From positions 30,561 through 94,560 of the forward strand of contig JASGUC010000004.1 in the NCBI GenBank assembly GCA_030057915.1: DNA of 64,000 nt. Reading direction: 5' to 3'. Shown here one piece after another: positions 55,101-63,182 of this stretch (the stretch's first letter is position 1; each line of letters begins with the position of its first letter). The translations under genes and the position numbers were made by a program. The notes beneath the pieces were generated by a model. That model searched no databases, had not been told where the DNA came from, and saw only the letters and a program-made list of their open reading frames with translations. This DNA comes from Pseudomonadota bacterium. GTDB lineage: Bacteria; Desulfobacterota; Syntrophia; Syntrophales; UBA8958.

Positions 55101-58100
55101 CGTCAACTCCACCTACACCATAAAGGGTGACGGTGCCGACCAGGCGGCGGGAAAGTCCCTGACCACAGCGGTCATCAAACCGGTCCTCTCGATCTACAAG
55201 ACCGGGACGGCGACGGTGAATGTAGGCGGCAACATCGTCTATACCATCACTTATGAAAACAAGGGCGGCGCCGATGCCACCAATGCGGTGATCAAGGACA
55301 CGCTGCCTACGGGTACGAACTTTGTTTCCGCCACTGGTGGCGGGACGGAGAGCGGCGGGGTTGTCACCTGGAATATCGGCACGGTAGCCAAGAACTCCGG
55401 ACCCCAGACGGTAAGCTTCACCGTGACGGTCCCCAAGGCCGACAAACTGGTCAACGGCGCGGTCATCACGAATGAGACCTACAGCATCGCCTGTGCCGAA
55501 CTGAAGGACCCCGTGGTCGGGACGACGTTGGCGCGCACCACCGTAAACGCCCCGATCCTGACCATCGCCAAGAAGGCGCCGGTATCCGTGGGCGCCGGGG
55601 CCAATCTGACCTATGAAATCAGCTACAGCAACACGGGTGGCATGGATTCCACCGGGGTGGTCATTACCGACACGGTTCCCACCGGGACGACCTTCGTGTC
55701 CGCCACTGGTGGCGGGACGGAGAGCGGCGGGGTTGTCACCTGGACTATCGGCAATCTGGCGAAAGGCGCCACCGCCACCGTGACCTTTACGGTCAAGGCG
55801 CCGGCCTCCGACGGCACGGCGATCAAAAACAGCGGCTATGGCATAGTCTGCAACGAACTCACCGCCAAGGCCACGGGGCCCGATGTCATCACCCTGACCA
55901 CCGGCAAACCGATCCTGACGATCAGCAAGACGACGGACAAGACGGAAGTCAAGCCGGGGGCGGAACTTACCTATACGATTACCTATAACAATACGGGGAA
56001 CGTGGCGGCGACCGCTGTGACAGTGAGTGACGCCATCCCGTTTAATACTGAGTTCAAGTCGGCGACGGGCACCTATACCTATGATGCCGACAAGAAGGTC
56101 GTCATCTGGACGATTGGTAACGTGGCCGCCGGCGGCAGCGCCACCGTTACCTTTACCGTTACGGTCAAGACGACTCTGAACAATGGCGACAAGATCAACA
56201 ACACGACCTACAGCGTCAGCGCCACCAATGCCGATACGGCCTATGGCGCGACGGTGACCGCCACGGTGATCAAGCCCGTCCTGTCCGTCAGCAAGGCGGC
56301 GGATGCGGCCACGGTGGATATCGGCGGTACCATCACCTACACCCTTACCTATGCGAATGCCGGCGGGGCCGATGCCACGGCGACCCTGCTCAAGGATAAG
56401 CTCCCGGTGGGCACGACCTTTGTCTCTGCTACCGGTGGCGGTACGGAGAGCGGCGGGGAGGTGAGCTGGAATCTCGGGACGGTGGCCAAGAATTCGGGGA
56501 ATCAGACCGTTACCCTCACCATCCGGACGCTGACCACGAACCTGGCCGACGGGACGGTCATCACCAACGATACCTACAGCATCTCCTCGGCCGAGGTTAC
56601 TACCGCGGTTCCCGGAACCGACAAGGCGACGACGACGGTGAAATCTCCCCAACTGACCATCGGCAAGACGGGGAACGTCGCCATCGAGGCCGGGAAGGAT
56701 CTGACCTATACCATAACCTACAAGAATGTCGGCAAGAAGGCGGCGACGAATGTGGTGATCACCGATACGGTGCCCACCGGCACGACCTTCAAGTCGGCGA
56801 CAGACGGCGGCTCCAACAGCAGCGGCGTCGTCACCTGGAATATCGGCAGTCTGGCGGCGGGGGCCGGCGGTACGGTTTCCTTCACCGTGACCGTGCCCAC
56901 AGGCACCCCCAACGGCACGGAGATAAAGAACGACAAGTATCAGATCGTCTGCGCTGAGATCACGACCGCGGTTCCTGGCGCCGCCATGGTCAGCCTGGTC
57001 CAGAGCCAGCCGCGGCTGCTTCTCTCCAAGACGGCGGCGCCCTCGCCGGTGGAGGCGGGCAAGACGTTGACCTACACCCTGACTTATGCCAACAAGGGAA
57101 ATGTGAAGGCCACGGGGGTGAAGATCACCGACACCGTGCCGGCGAATACGACCTTCGTCTCCGCCACGGGTGGCGGAACCCAAAGCGGCGGCGTCGTGAC
57201 GTGGGACATCGGCGATCTCGACGTCAATGCCGAAGGCACGGTTACCTTCACCGTTACCGTCAACGCCGCGGTGGCCGATGGAAGCGTAATCACCAACAGC
57301 CGTTACGGTATGACCTCCAAAGAGGTTATCGGCGATCCGACTACGGCGGTGGCCACCACGGTTTACAAGCAAGTGGAAATCAAGAATCCCTCGCCCACCG
57401 TCGCCGCGGGTGGCAGCGTCACCCTCGCCGTGAGCGGTGAAACCGGCGCCGGTTATGCCTGGGAGGTCCAGAAACCGGGCGGCGCCTTCGCCAAATGGGA
57501 GTACGACCGCTCCAACCCGGCCGCGGGCGGCTTCGATAGCGCCACCAATACCTTCCACGCCCCCTCCACGGGAAACTATGCGGGCATCTATAAGGCGAAG
57601 GCCACGGGCGGCGTCCTCAACACCTCGGCGACGACCGAGATCGTCGTCCCCGTGAAGGTTGACGCCGATGCCGGCGGGAAGATTTCGTTCCTCGCTGGTG
57701 ATCCGCTGTCCACCTTTGTGGCCACCGGCGCGGCCAATTACAGCAGCAACTGGGCCATCGTGGCCGCCAGCGGCAAAACGGCGGGCTACGATCCCAGCAC
57801 GACGCCGGAGAACGGCGGCGCCATAAATGCGAGCAGTTATCGCACCACTTACAACAAGGCGGATTTCACCCCTGCGGCGGCGGTTGCCGGCGCGACGACC
57901 CTGCGCTTCAAGGTGACGCCAGTCATCGCCGGCTACACGGCGGAGGAGAATGAGAAGTGCGCCGGTTACAGTCCCAACATCATCGTCTATCCCTCCACCA
58001 AGATTACCGGGAGGATGGTGGACAACGCCGGGACGGGCATCGTTGGTGGGACGGTCCTCCTGATGAAGGGCAAGGGCGATCCCGACAAGGTCACCACAGC

Positions 58101-59661
58101 AGCCGGCGGGGCTTTCGCCTTCACCGTTGCCAACGCGCCAGGCGTCTATCTCCTCAATTGCCAGGCCGATGGTTACATGCCCCAGAAGGTGGAGAATGTG
58201 AGACCCAACAATCCGGTGACCGTCAAAATGGCCCCCAAGAACTACTCCATCGCCGGGACGGTGATCAACAACGGCGGCGAGGTAGTGGCGGGCGCCAAGG
58301 TGGTGGCCTACCGGACGGTTGGAGGGGCGAGGGTATTCACGGATACCTTCGAGACCGACGCCGCCGGGAAGTTCACCGTCGCTACCCAGCAGACCGGCAC
58401 CTACACCCTGGTGGCGACCAAGGACGGTTACCTCCGGACGGAGATGTCGAAGTACATCCGCAGCGACAACTCGGAAGGGACGATCGATTTGCCCGCGCTG
58501 ACCGAACCTGATGTGAACAATATCGACCTGAAGAACAATTACCTGATTATGCGTCAGAAGACGTCGCTCTCCATCATCTACGATCCGGCCACATCGATTC
58601 TGACCTTTATGGCCTCCCCGACCTTTACCGGCACGGGCGAGATCATCCAGCTCAGCGTGGACAAGGGAACCCTGGGGGCCCTGTCCTACAGCGGCGGCCA
58701 AGTGTCCTGCACCTATACGCCCCCGGAGAACACGACGACGGAGACCATCTGGGCCCAGGCCCGGACCGGTGGCGCATCGGCCAGCGAACTGATCGCCTAC
58801 ATCTTCCGTCCCGAGTACAAGACCGAGAAGGCGCCGGTGGACCCGGTAGCGGGCGGCAACGTGGGCAGCAGCGACGTGGTGGCCCAGATCGTCCTCCGGC
58901 CGGGCTCGCTGACGAACGATAAGGCGGCGGGCGTAGTGACCGGAAAGGGTTCCAAGGCTAGTGAAGCGCCGGGTGGCGTCACCCTCCAGTCCGATCCGGT
59001 GGAAATCAACATCATCAACAGCACCGGGGATGTCCTGGGCAACGTCATCAACAAGGACAAGCCCATCGAGATCACCATCACCTACGATCCGCTGACCTTC
59101 AACCCGAATAGCTTCACCATCTACTATCGGGATCGGTTGGCCGACGGCTCCTGGGGTCCCTGGATCGATGGCGTCAAGGATGGTTCGGTGAAGATTTTGA
59201 GCATCGACCCGGTCAACAACACCATCACCTTCAGCTCCACCCACCTGTCCGGGTTCTCCGCCGGTTCTCCCGGGGCCGGCGGCGGCGGCGGTGGAGGCGG
59301 AATTTTAGGCGGCGGTGGCGGGTGCTTCATCGCCACGGCGGCCTATGGATCGATCATGGAACCTCATGTGGAGATTTTGCGGAACTTCAGGGATGTCTAT
59401 CTCATGAACAACGATCTGGGTCGGAGATTCGTGAACCTGTACTACCGGTACTCGCCCCCGATCGCCGCTGTCATCGCCAAGAGCGAACTCCTCAGGCTGG
59501 GGGCGCGGATTGCCCTGGCGCCGGTGGTGGGCTTCAGTTACCTCATGCTCCACACGACCGTCGTCGGGAAGATAGCCCTCCTGCTGGCGTTGATCGGGTT
59601 GTTGGCGACCGGGACCCTGTTCCTGGCCCGCCGGATGAGAAGGATGGGCTATCGGGCATAA
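52126..59661 (+). CDS. Giant (2,511 aa) surface protein: N-terminal signal or anchor, cohesin-like module, Ig-like domain, 12 tandem DUF11-like repeats, Ig-like and CarboxypepD_reg-like domains, poly-Gly, [10 protein letters not shown] domain, C-terminal TM helices
   Basis: [14 protein letters not shown]...[25 protein letters not shown]. Repeats of the type [47 protein letters not shown]...[27 protein letters not shown] and [22 protein letters not shown]-terminal [24 protein letters not shown]...[12 protein letters not shown]. Confidence 0.9.
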   Translation: MRAFKRRWLQFVVIALVLLLGGVAYTLFAAANQTINLVPTTTTPNVGDNFSVSVLYNVSDGEKELTGIGFRVHFDSKKVNYVNYSNHFTKSQMGVQVQDDTADYDNDPTTDKFILVAWADTNGQWPGTDQTLPLELIKFNYSVKTGQVASSSNINVSKRNTSAGYGFVGTNTKIDIKVPPGTITGTISGAYKSGPIYVGAYSDAQLTTLVKGTTINALGAYTIADITPGDYYVAAFNSVDSSGVRKPTDPAGAFAGNPVTVESGKTADKKDVVLKQATLTISKAGNPATVNLGGEITYTITYKNTGTAAANNVVITDTIPANTSFKSASDGVSPAGGVVTWNIGTVDAGVEGQRQLVVTVANKLPDQTNIANSIYSITSDQTGKVEGAQPVSTKVNAPVLTVDKVAPVSVKAGGEITYTINYNNTGNMAATGVVIVDTIPEDTTYVANSASNGGVYDPQAKTVTWNIASLAANTSDSVSFKVTVKTPLADGTKITNAAYSIQSTQTAQVKGQSKESTVESKPEFQLTKTATPNPVIIGKELTYELTVTNVGTANATGVVIRDTVPANTTYKAGSASDGGTESGGVVTWNLTDGLAMGATKKVTFKVTVGDALSDKAKIKNETYSVTCTQGASKAGQAVEVEVIRPVLGIAKTADKTSVNIGDTITYTITYTNTGSADALNAVIKEKIPDNATYESSTPSGTYDNGTRTVTWTLAKVDKTSGQGTVSVTVRVAAPGLVNGALIVNDTYSIHSEEIKTPVQGAKVETPVNAPVLALTKVAAVVIGQTLTPVTEVPSGDDLTYILTYKNTGGMDATGVVITDKIPAKTTFVSADNGGVLNAGTVEWKNLTIKAGETKTVSFKATVGGLNGDVIVNDTFAIASNQTASVKGGPATSTKVVAKPILNINKTADKAAVIAGQNLVYTITYSNTGNADTANVVISDTLPANVTFVSASDDGQTKDGVVTWAIGALAKKTEKTVTLTVKVNADVADGGSVVNSTYTIKGDGADQAAGKSLTTAVIKPVLSIYKTGTATVNVGGNIVYTITYENKGGADATNAVIKDTLPTGTNFVSATGGGTESGGVVTWNIGTVAKNSGPQTVSFTVTVPKADKLVNGAVITNETYSIACAELKDPVVGTTLARTTVNAPILTIAKKAPVSVGAGANLTYEISYSNTGGMDSTGVVITDTVPTGTTFVSATGGGTESGGVVTWTIGNLAKGATATVTFTVKAPASDGTAIKNSGYGIVCNELTAKATGPDVITLTTGKPILTISKTTDKTEVKPGAELTYTITYNNTGNVAATAVTVSDAIPFNTEFKSATGTYTYDADKKVVIWTIGNVAAGGSATVTFTVTVKTTLNNGDKINNTTYSVSATNADTAYGATVTATVIKPVLSVSKAADAATVDIGGTITYTLTYANAGGADATATLLKDKLPVGTTFVSATGGGTESGGEVSWNLGTVAKNSGNQTVTLTIRTLTTNLADGTVITNDTYSISSAEVTTAVPGTDKATTTVKSPQLTIGKTGNVAIEAGKDLTYTITYKNVGKKAATNVVITDTVPTGTTFKSATDGGSNSSGVVTWNIGSLAAGAGGTVSFTVTVPTGTPNGTEIKNDKYQIVCAEITTAVPGAAMVSLVQSQPRLLLSKTAAPSPVEAGKTLTYTLTYANKGNVKATGVKITDTVPANTTFVSATGGGTQSGGVVTWDIGDLDVNAEGTVTFTVTVNAAVADGSVITNSRYGMTSKEVIGDPTTAVATTVYKQVEIKNPSPTVAAGGSVTLAVSGETGAGYAWEVQKPGGAFAKWEYDRSNPAAGGFDSATNTFHAPSTGNYAGIYKAKATGGVLNTSATTEIVVPVKVDADAGGKISFLAGDPLSTFVATGAANYSSNWAIVAASGKTAGYDPSTTPENGGAINASSYRTTYNKADFTPAAAVAGATTLRFKVTPVIAGYTAEENEKCAGYSPNIIVYPSTKITGRMVDNAGTGIVGGTVLLMKGKGDPDKVTTAAGGAFAFTVANAPGVYLLNCQADGYMPQKVENVRPNNPVTVKMAPKNYSIAGTVINNGGEVVAGAKVVAYRTVGGARVFTDTFETDAAGKFTVATQQTGTYTLVATKDGYLRTEMSKYIRSDNSEGTIDLPALTEPDVNNIDLKNNYLIMRQKTSLSIIYDPATSILTFMASPTFTGTGEIIQLSVDKGTLGALSYSGGQVSCTYTPPENTTTETIWAQARTGGASASELIAYIFRPEYKTEKAPVDPVAGGNVGSSDVVAQIVLRPGSLTNDKAAGVVTGKGSKASEAPGGVTLQSDPVEINIINSTGDVLGNVINKDKPIEITITYDPLTFNPNSFTIYYRDRLADGSWGPWIDGVKDGSVKILSIDPVNNTITFSSTHLSGFSAGSPGAGGGGGGGGILGGGGGCFIATAAYGSIMEPHVEILRNFRDVYLMNNDLGRRFVNLYYRYSPPIAAVIAKSELLRLGARIALAPVVGFSYLMLHTTVVGKIALLLALIGLLATGTLFLARRMRRMGYRA
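52960..57375 (+). repeat. 12 tandem coding repeats of ~368 nt (~123 aa, DUF11/'conserved repeat domain'-like)
   Basis: Each unit begins L(T/S/N)(I/V)xK(T/A) and contains (E/T/N)(I/L)TYT(I/L)TYxNTG...(V/A)V(I/V)xDT(I/L/V)P...T(F/Y)(V/K)SA...GVVTW(N/T)IG. Counted by eye from the translation. Confidence 0.85.
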
Positions 59662-59707
59662 GCCCGGCCGGCTTGCGGATGCCCTGAAGGGCAGACATAA
59701 ACCATGG

Positions 59708-59750
59708 AAGAAGGGGAGGCGCCGCGCCTCCCCTTCTTACGTTTTTCTTT
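59708..59750. terminator. Bidirectional rho-independent terminator between the giant gene and ORF 59756-60388
   Basis: Perfect stem AAGAAGGGGAGGCG / CGCCTCCCCTTCTT with a 3-nt loop, followed by ACGTTTTTCTTT on the + strand. Confidence 0.6.
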
Positions 59751-59755
59751 CAGGT

Positions 59756-60388
59756 TTACTTTTGCGGTTTGAGGAAGATGTCGGTGGTGATTTGGTTGCC
59801 TTCCGTGCGCTGATCGCTGGTCCGCATGACATATTTGCCGATCTGGAGAAGGCCCGTTTCCGGCAGGAAGGCGATTTTGTCCGTCAATAGGAGATATGGC
59901 TCGGAAAGAACCCGGACGTCGCCTGCCAAGAGGATGTCTCTCTCTTTTATCCTGATGGTTCCCTCCTGGGCGAAGATCTGCGTGGGGGTTTCCTGATTGA
60001 CATGAATCTTGATGGCAATGGGTCTGGCGATGATCACGGCGGCCTTCTCCACGGGCATCGCACGGAAAACCTCCTCGGAGATAGTGTTTTTCAGGGAAAT
60101 TCCCCCCGGTCCTTCCGTGATTCGGGCCCCGTACAGATCCAGATAGGCGTTGTCCAGACGCAGATCGGAACTGCCGAAAAGACCGCGCAGGCCCGAGGCG
60201 GCATGGTGGCGATCCGCCCGGAGGGAGAGGATCTTTTCGCCTTCCCCGCCGGCCTCGAAGCGGAATGGCGCCGCGCCTTTTTTCGCGGTATAGGCGTTCA
60301 TAAAGAGCAGCGCGGCGGCAACTACGGCAATCGATCCGACGACAAGATAGATAATGAGCTTTTTGGAACGGTCCTTATCGGCCAACAT
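59756..60388 (-). CDS. Hypothetical membrane-anchored periplasmic protein (possibly LptC/OstA-like or a secretion accessory protein)
   Basis: N-terminal TM LIIYLVVGSIAVVAAALLF followed by a beta-rich domain (IRIKERDILLAGDVRVLSEPYLLLTDKIAFLPETG). No diagnostic motif. Confidence 0.5.
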   Translation of the reverse strand: MLADKDRSKKLIIYLVVGSIAVVAAALLFMNAYTAKKGAAPFRFEAGGEGEKILSLRADRHHAASGLRGLFGSSDLRLDNAYLDLYGARITEGPGGISLKNTISEEVFRAMPVEKAAVIIARPIAIKIHVNQETPTQIFAQEGTIRIKERDILLAGDVRVLSEPYLLLTDKIAFLPETGLLQIGKYVMRTSDQRTEGNQITTDIFLKPQK

Positions 60389-60618
60389 GATGTCCTCCTT
60401 TGACAGTATTCAAGGTAAGTCGCTGATAAATCGCGGGGAGTATACGTATTGCGTCAATAGGTGTCAAAGCATTTGTTTGCCCCCTGTCGTCAGAAAAAGG
60501 CGCGGCGCGGGGAAATTGGTTCTCCCGGCGGGCGCTTGATTTCCTGAGGCCGCAAACAATGGGCAACCCGATGTCTGCGGCTTATTTCGAGCGGCGTCGA
60601 TTTTCCCGAGGGGCGGCG

Positions 60619-60722
60619 CACGGCAAATTTCTTCTATCTCTGAGTGGCTGAAAACAGGACGTGCCTCAGTTTTAGTAGATCATTCAAGATCAACTACTTA
60701 CATTGAGAACAAATTTGCCCGA
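60619..60722 (-). mobile_element. 104-bp MITE (family 2), copy 2, inverted relative to copy 1
   Basis: The reverse complement aligns with 45937-46040 at about 12 mismatches in 104 (hand alignment), with a perfectly conserved core CTAAAACTGAGGCACGTCCTGTTTTCAGCCACT. Flanked by an imperfect 11-bp direct repeat GAGGGGCGGCG / GAGGCGCGGCG. Confidence 0.75.
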
Positions 60723-60774
60723 GGCGCGGCGACGAGGCGTTGTCTTTAGAGAGGATACATGTTAGAGTGCCCCC

Positions 60775-62010
60775 ATGCCTGTGTACGAATATGTCGCCCT
60801 TGATAGAAAGGGCAATAAAATAAAGGGCATGATCGATGCCGGAAGCCTTGCGTCCGCCCGGGTGAAGCTCCGGGAAACGGAGGTTTATCCCGTCGAAATC
60901 AGGGAGCCGGAGGCCGGACGGGGCCGGGACACCACGGCGGCGTCGGAGGCGGCGGGGGCCGGGTTTTTCAAAAAGGTGGGTCTGCGGGAGGTCGCGGCGA
61001 CCACCAGGCAGCTTTCGACCCTTCTGGGCGCCGGCCTGCCGCTGGTCCCCTCCCTGTCAACCCTGGTGGCCCAGACGACGAATCGGAGTATGAAGGCGAC
61101 CCTGGCGCAGATCCGGGAAAACGTCAACGAGGGAAACAGCCTCACAAGCAGCATGTCCCATTTTCCCCAGATCTTCCCTCCCCTCTATGTGAACATGGTC
61201 CGGGCCGGGGAGGCCTCGGGGACCATTAATCTCGTTTTGGAGCGCCTGGCCGACTTCATGGAGAATCAGCAGGCCCTGCGGGCGAAGATCCGCTCCGCCC
61301 TGGCGTATCCGATCCTGATGTTCATTATTGGAAACCTGGTGCTGTTCTTCCTCATCACCTTCGTCGTTCCCAACATCACGAAGATATTCTCGGAGATGCA
61401 TCAGAATCTCCCCGCCATAACCATCTTCCTTATTGCGGTCAGTGGCTTTTTCAAGAATTTCTGGTGGGGGATCGCCATCGCCGTGACGGCGGCATTCCTT
61501 TTCCTGCGCCATGGGATGCGTAACACCGAAAGCGGGCGATACTGGTGGGATCGCCTTAAGCTCAAGGCGCCGCTTTTCGGCGCCCTGAATCAGAAGCTGG
61601 CCATGGCGCGTTTCAGCAGGACCCTGGGGACCCTGCTCCAGAGCGGCGTGCCCCTCCTGACGGCGATGAACATCGTGAGAAACGTCGTTGACAACCGCAT
61701 CGTCGCCGACGAGATCCTCCATGCCAGCCGGGAGATAGAAGAAGGGCAGAATCTGTCCGCCCCTCTCGCCCGCGGAGGCCTTTTCCCCCCCCTGGCCGTG
61801 GAGATGATCTCGGTGGGCGAGCAGAGCGGCAACCTGGAGACGATGCTCTATCGCATTGCCGATGCCTACGAAAAGGAGGTGGAGGCGAGCGTCATCATGC
61901 TCACCTCCCTGCTGGAGCCGGTCATGATCCTCGTAATGGGCCTGATCGTGGGATTTGTCGTCGTTTCCGTATTGCTGCCGATCTTCGAGATGAATCAACT
62001 GGTCAGATAA
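60775..62010 (+). CDS. gspF: Type II secretion system inner-membrane platform protein F
   Basis: MPVYEYVALDRKGNKIKGMIDA N-terminus and two GspF-type repeats (VRAGEASGTINLVLERLADF and VGEQSGNLETMLYRIADAY). Confidence 0.88.
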   Translation: MPVYEYVALDRKGNKIKGMIDAGSLASARVKLRETEVYPVEIREPEAGRGRDTTAASEAAGAGFFKKVGLREVAATTRQLSTLLGAGLPLVPSLSTLVAQTTNRSMKATLAQIRENVNEGNSLTSSMSHFPQIFPPLYVNMVRAGEASGTINLVLERLADFMENQQALRAKIRSALAYPILMFIIGNLVLFFLITFVVPNITKIFSEMHQNLPAITIFLIAVSGFFKNFWWGIAIAVTAAFLFLRHGMRNTESGRYWWDRLKLKAPLFGALNQKLAMARFSRTLGTLLQSGVPLLTAMNIVRNVVDNRIVADEILHASREIEEGQNLSAPLARGGLFPPLAVEMISVGEQSGNLETMLYRIADAYEKEVEASVIMLTSLLEPVMILVMGLIVGFVVVSVLLPIFEMNQLVR

Positions 62011-62074
62011 TCGTAAATTGTTGATTAAAAGTTACGGCGGTGTTAGATAGCGTCAACAATTCGGAGGGAAGGGC

Positions 62075-62521
62075 ATGAAAAAAAGAATCGGACGGAAAAA
62101 CCGGGGCTTCACGCTCATTGAACTTATGGTCGTTATCGTGATTCTCGGCATTCTGGCCGGCCTGATCATCCCCCGGATCATGGGGCGGCCGGATGAGGCG
62201 CGGCGGGCCAAGGCGCGGGTCCAGATCGAGAGTCTGGGCACGGCCCTCAAGCTCTACAAGCTCGACAACGGCAATTACCCGACCACGGAACAGGGACTGC
62301 GGGCCCTGGTCGAGGCGCCGGCGGCCGGGGCGCTGGCGAGGAACTGGCGACAGGGCGGCTATCTGGAAGGAAGCCGGGTGCCCAAGGATCCCTGGGATCG
62401 GGATTTTGTCTATATCTCTCCGGGCACGCACGGCGATTTCGACCTGAGTTCCCTTGGCGCGGACGGAGAACCGGGTGGCGAAGGCAAGGACAAGGACATC
62501 AACAACTGGGAAACGGACTGA
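62075..62521 (+). CDS. gspG: Type II secretion major pseudopilin
   Basis: Prepilin leader and cleavage motif KNRGFTLIELMVVIVILGILAGL, plus the GspG signature PKDPWDRDFVYISPG...DLSSLGADG. Confidence 0.9.
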   Translation: MKKRIGRKNRGFTLIELMVVIVILGILAGLIIPRIMGRPDEARRAKARVQIESLGTALKLYKLDNGNYPTTEQGLRALVEAPAAGALARNWRQGGYLEGSRVPKDPWDRDFVYISPGTHGDFDLSSLGADGEPGGEGKDKDINNWETD

Positions 62522-63035
62522 TGCCGAGGCCGGCTACACGCTCATCGAACTGATCGTCGTCATCGTCCTCATCGGTATCCTGCTCTCTTTTGCCGTTCCC
62601 CGTCTCCGGGACGATTTGCTCAACGACAGTCTCCACGCGACGGCGCGGCAACTGGTGGGGACGGCCAAGGAACTGCGCAACGACGCGGTAAGAGAACAGG
62701 TCGATTTTATTCTTCATTTCGATATGGGCGCCAATGTTTTCTGGTCCTCCGCCGCCGACATGACGCCGGAGAAGCTCGATGAGAGGAGGCGGGGCGCTTC
62801 CCCTTTCCCGCCGGGCGTCCGGGTCGCCGATATCGAATTCGGCCGGGAGCGGGTGACATCGGACGGAGAGGCGCGGATAGTCTTTTCCCGTCATGGCTAT
62901 GTAAACCCGGCGGTCATCCATATCGCCAAGGGGGGGCGGGTGGTGACCGTGGCCCTGGCCCCCTTCCTCCGCCGCATCGGGATTCATGACCGGCAGGTGG
63001 GTTTCGACGATCTGTTCCCGGCGTCGGCCAGATAG
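62454..63035 (+). CDS. Minor pseudopilin, GspH-like; start codon uncertain
   Basis: GYTLIELIVVIVLIGILLSFAVP followed by a GspH-like beta domain. The only in-frame starts are TTG 62454 and GTG 62475. The ATG at 62521 is in another frame. Confidence 0.7.
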   Translation: MARTENRVAKARTRTSTTGKRTDAEAGYTLIELIVVIVLIGILLSFAVPRLRDDLLNDSLHATARQLVGTAKELRNDAVREQVDFILHFDMGANVFWSSAADMTPEKLDERRRGASPFPPGVRVADIEFGRERVTSDGEARIVFSRHGYVNPAVIHIAKGGRVVTVALAPFLRRIGIHDRQVGFDDLFPASAR

Positions 63036-63182
63036 ATGACGAATCGGGAAAACGGCAACGCCGGCGGGGAAAAATACCCCCGCTCCCGCGTCGAGGCGGG
63101 AATCGGTTGGCTGGGGATATTCATGCCCCAAGGCATGTTTTCATCGCAGGCATTATTCATAACGATAAAGGAGGGTTGGCAG

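Noticed and set aside
54262-59244. 1,660-aa ORF on the minus strand, plus many 60-105-aa antisense ORFs, inside the giant gene
   Set aside because: It is antisense to a frame with clear repeat-domain protein features. The translation is Gly/Arg/Asp-rich low-complexity sequence with no motifs. Long stop-free antisense frames are expected in GC-rich, Thr/Gly/Val/Ala-codon-biased repeats.
60400-60431. TTGACA, 18-nt spacer, TGATAA(A)T: a promoter-like match upstream of gspF
   Set aside because: It lies about 345 nt from the gspF ATG with a MITE in between, and the -10 match is weak. It is too uncertain to annotate and could equally be chance in an AT-richer patch.
45937-60722. The two inverted 104-bp elements as ends of a composite transposon or genomic island
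   Set aside because: Each copy has its own flanking direct repeat, which points to independent insertions. No transposase or integrase lies between them, and the interval includes housekeeping rodZ and suhB. Kept only as a potential inversion substrate.
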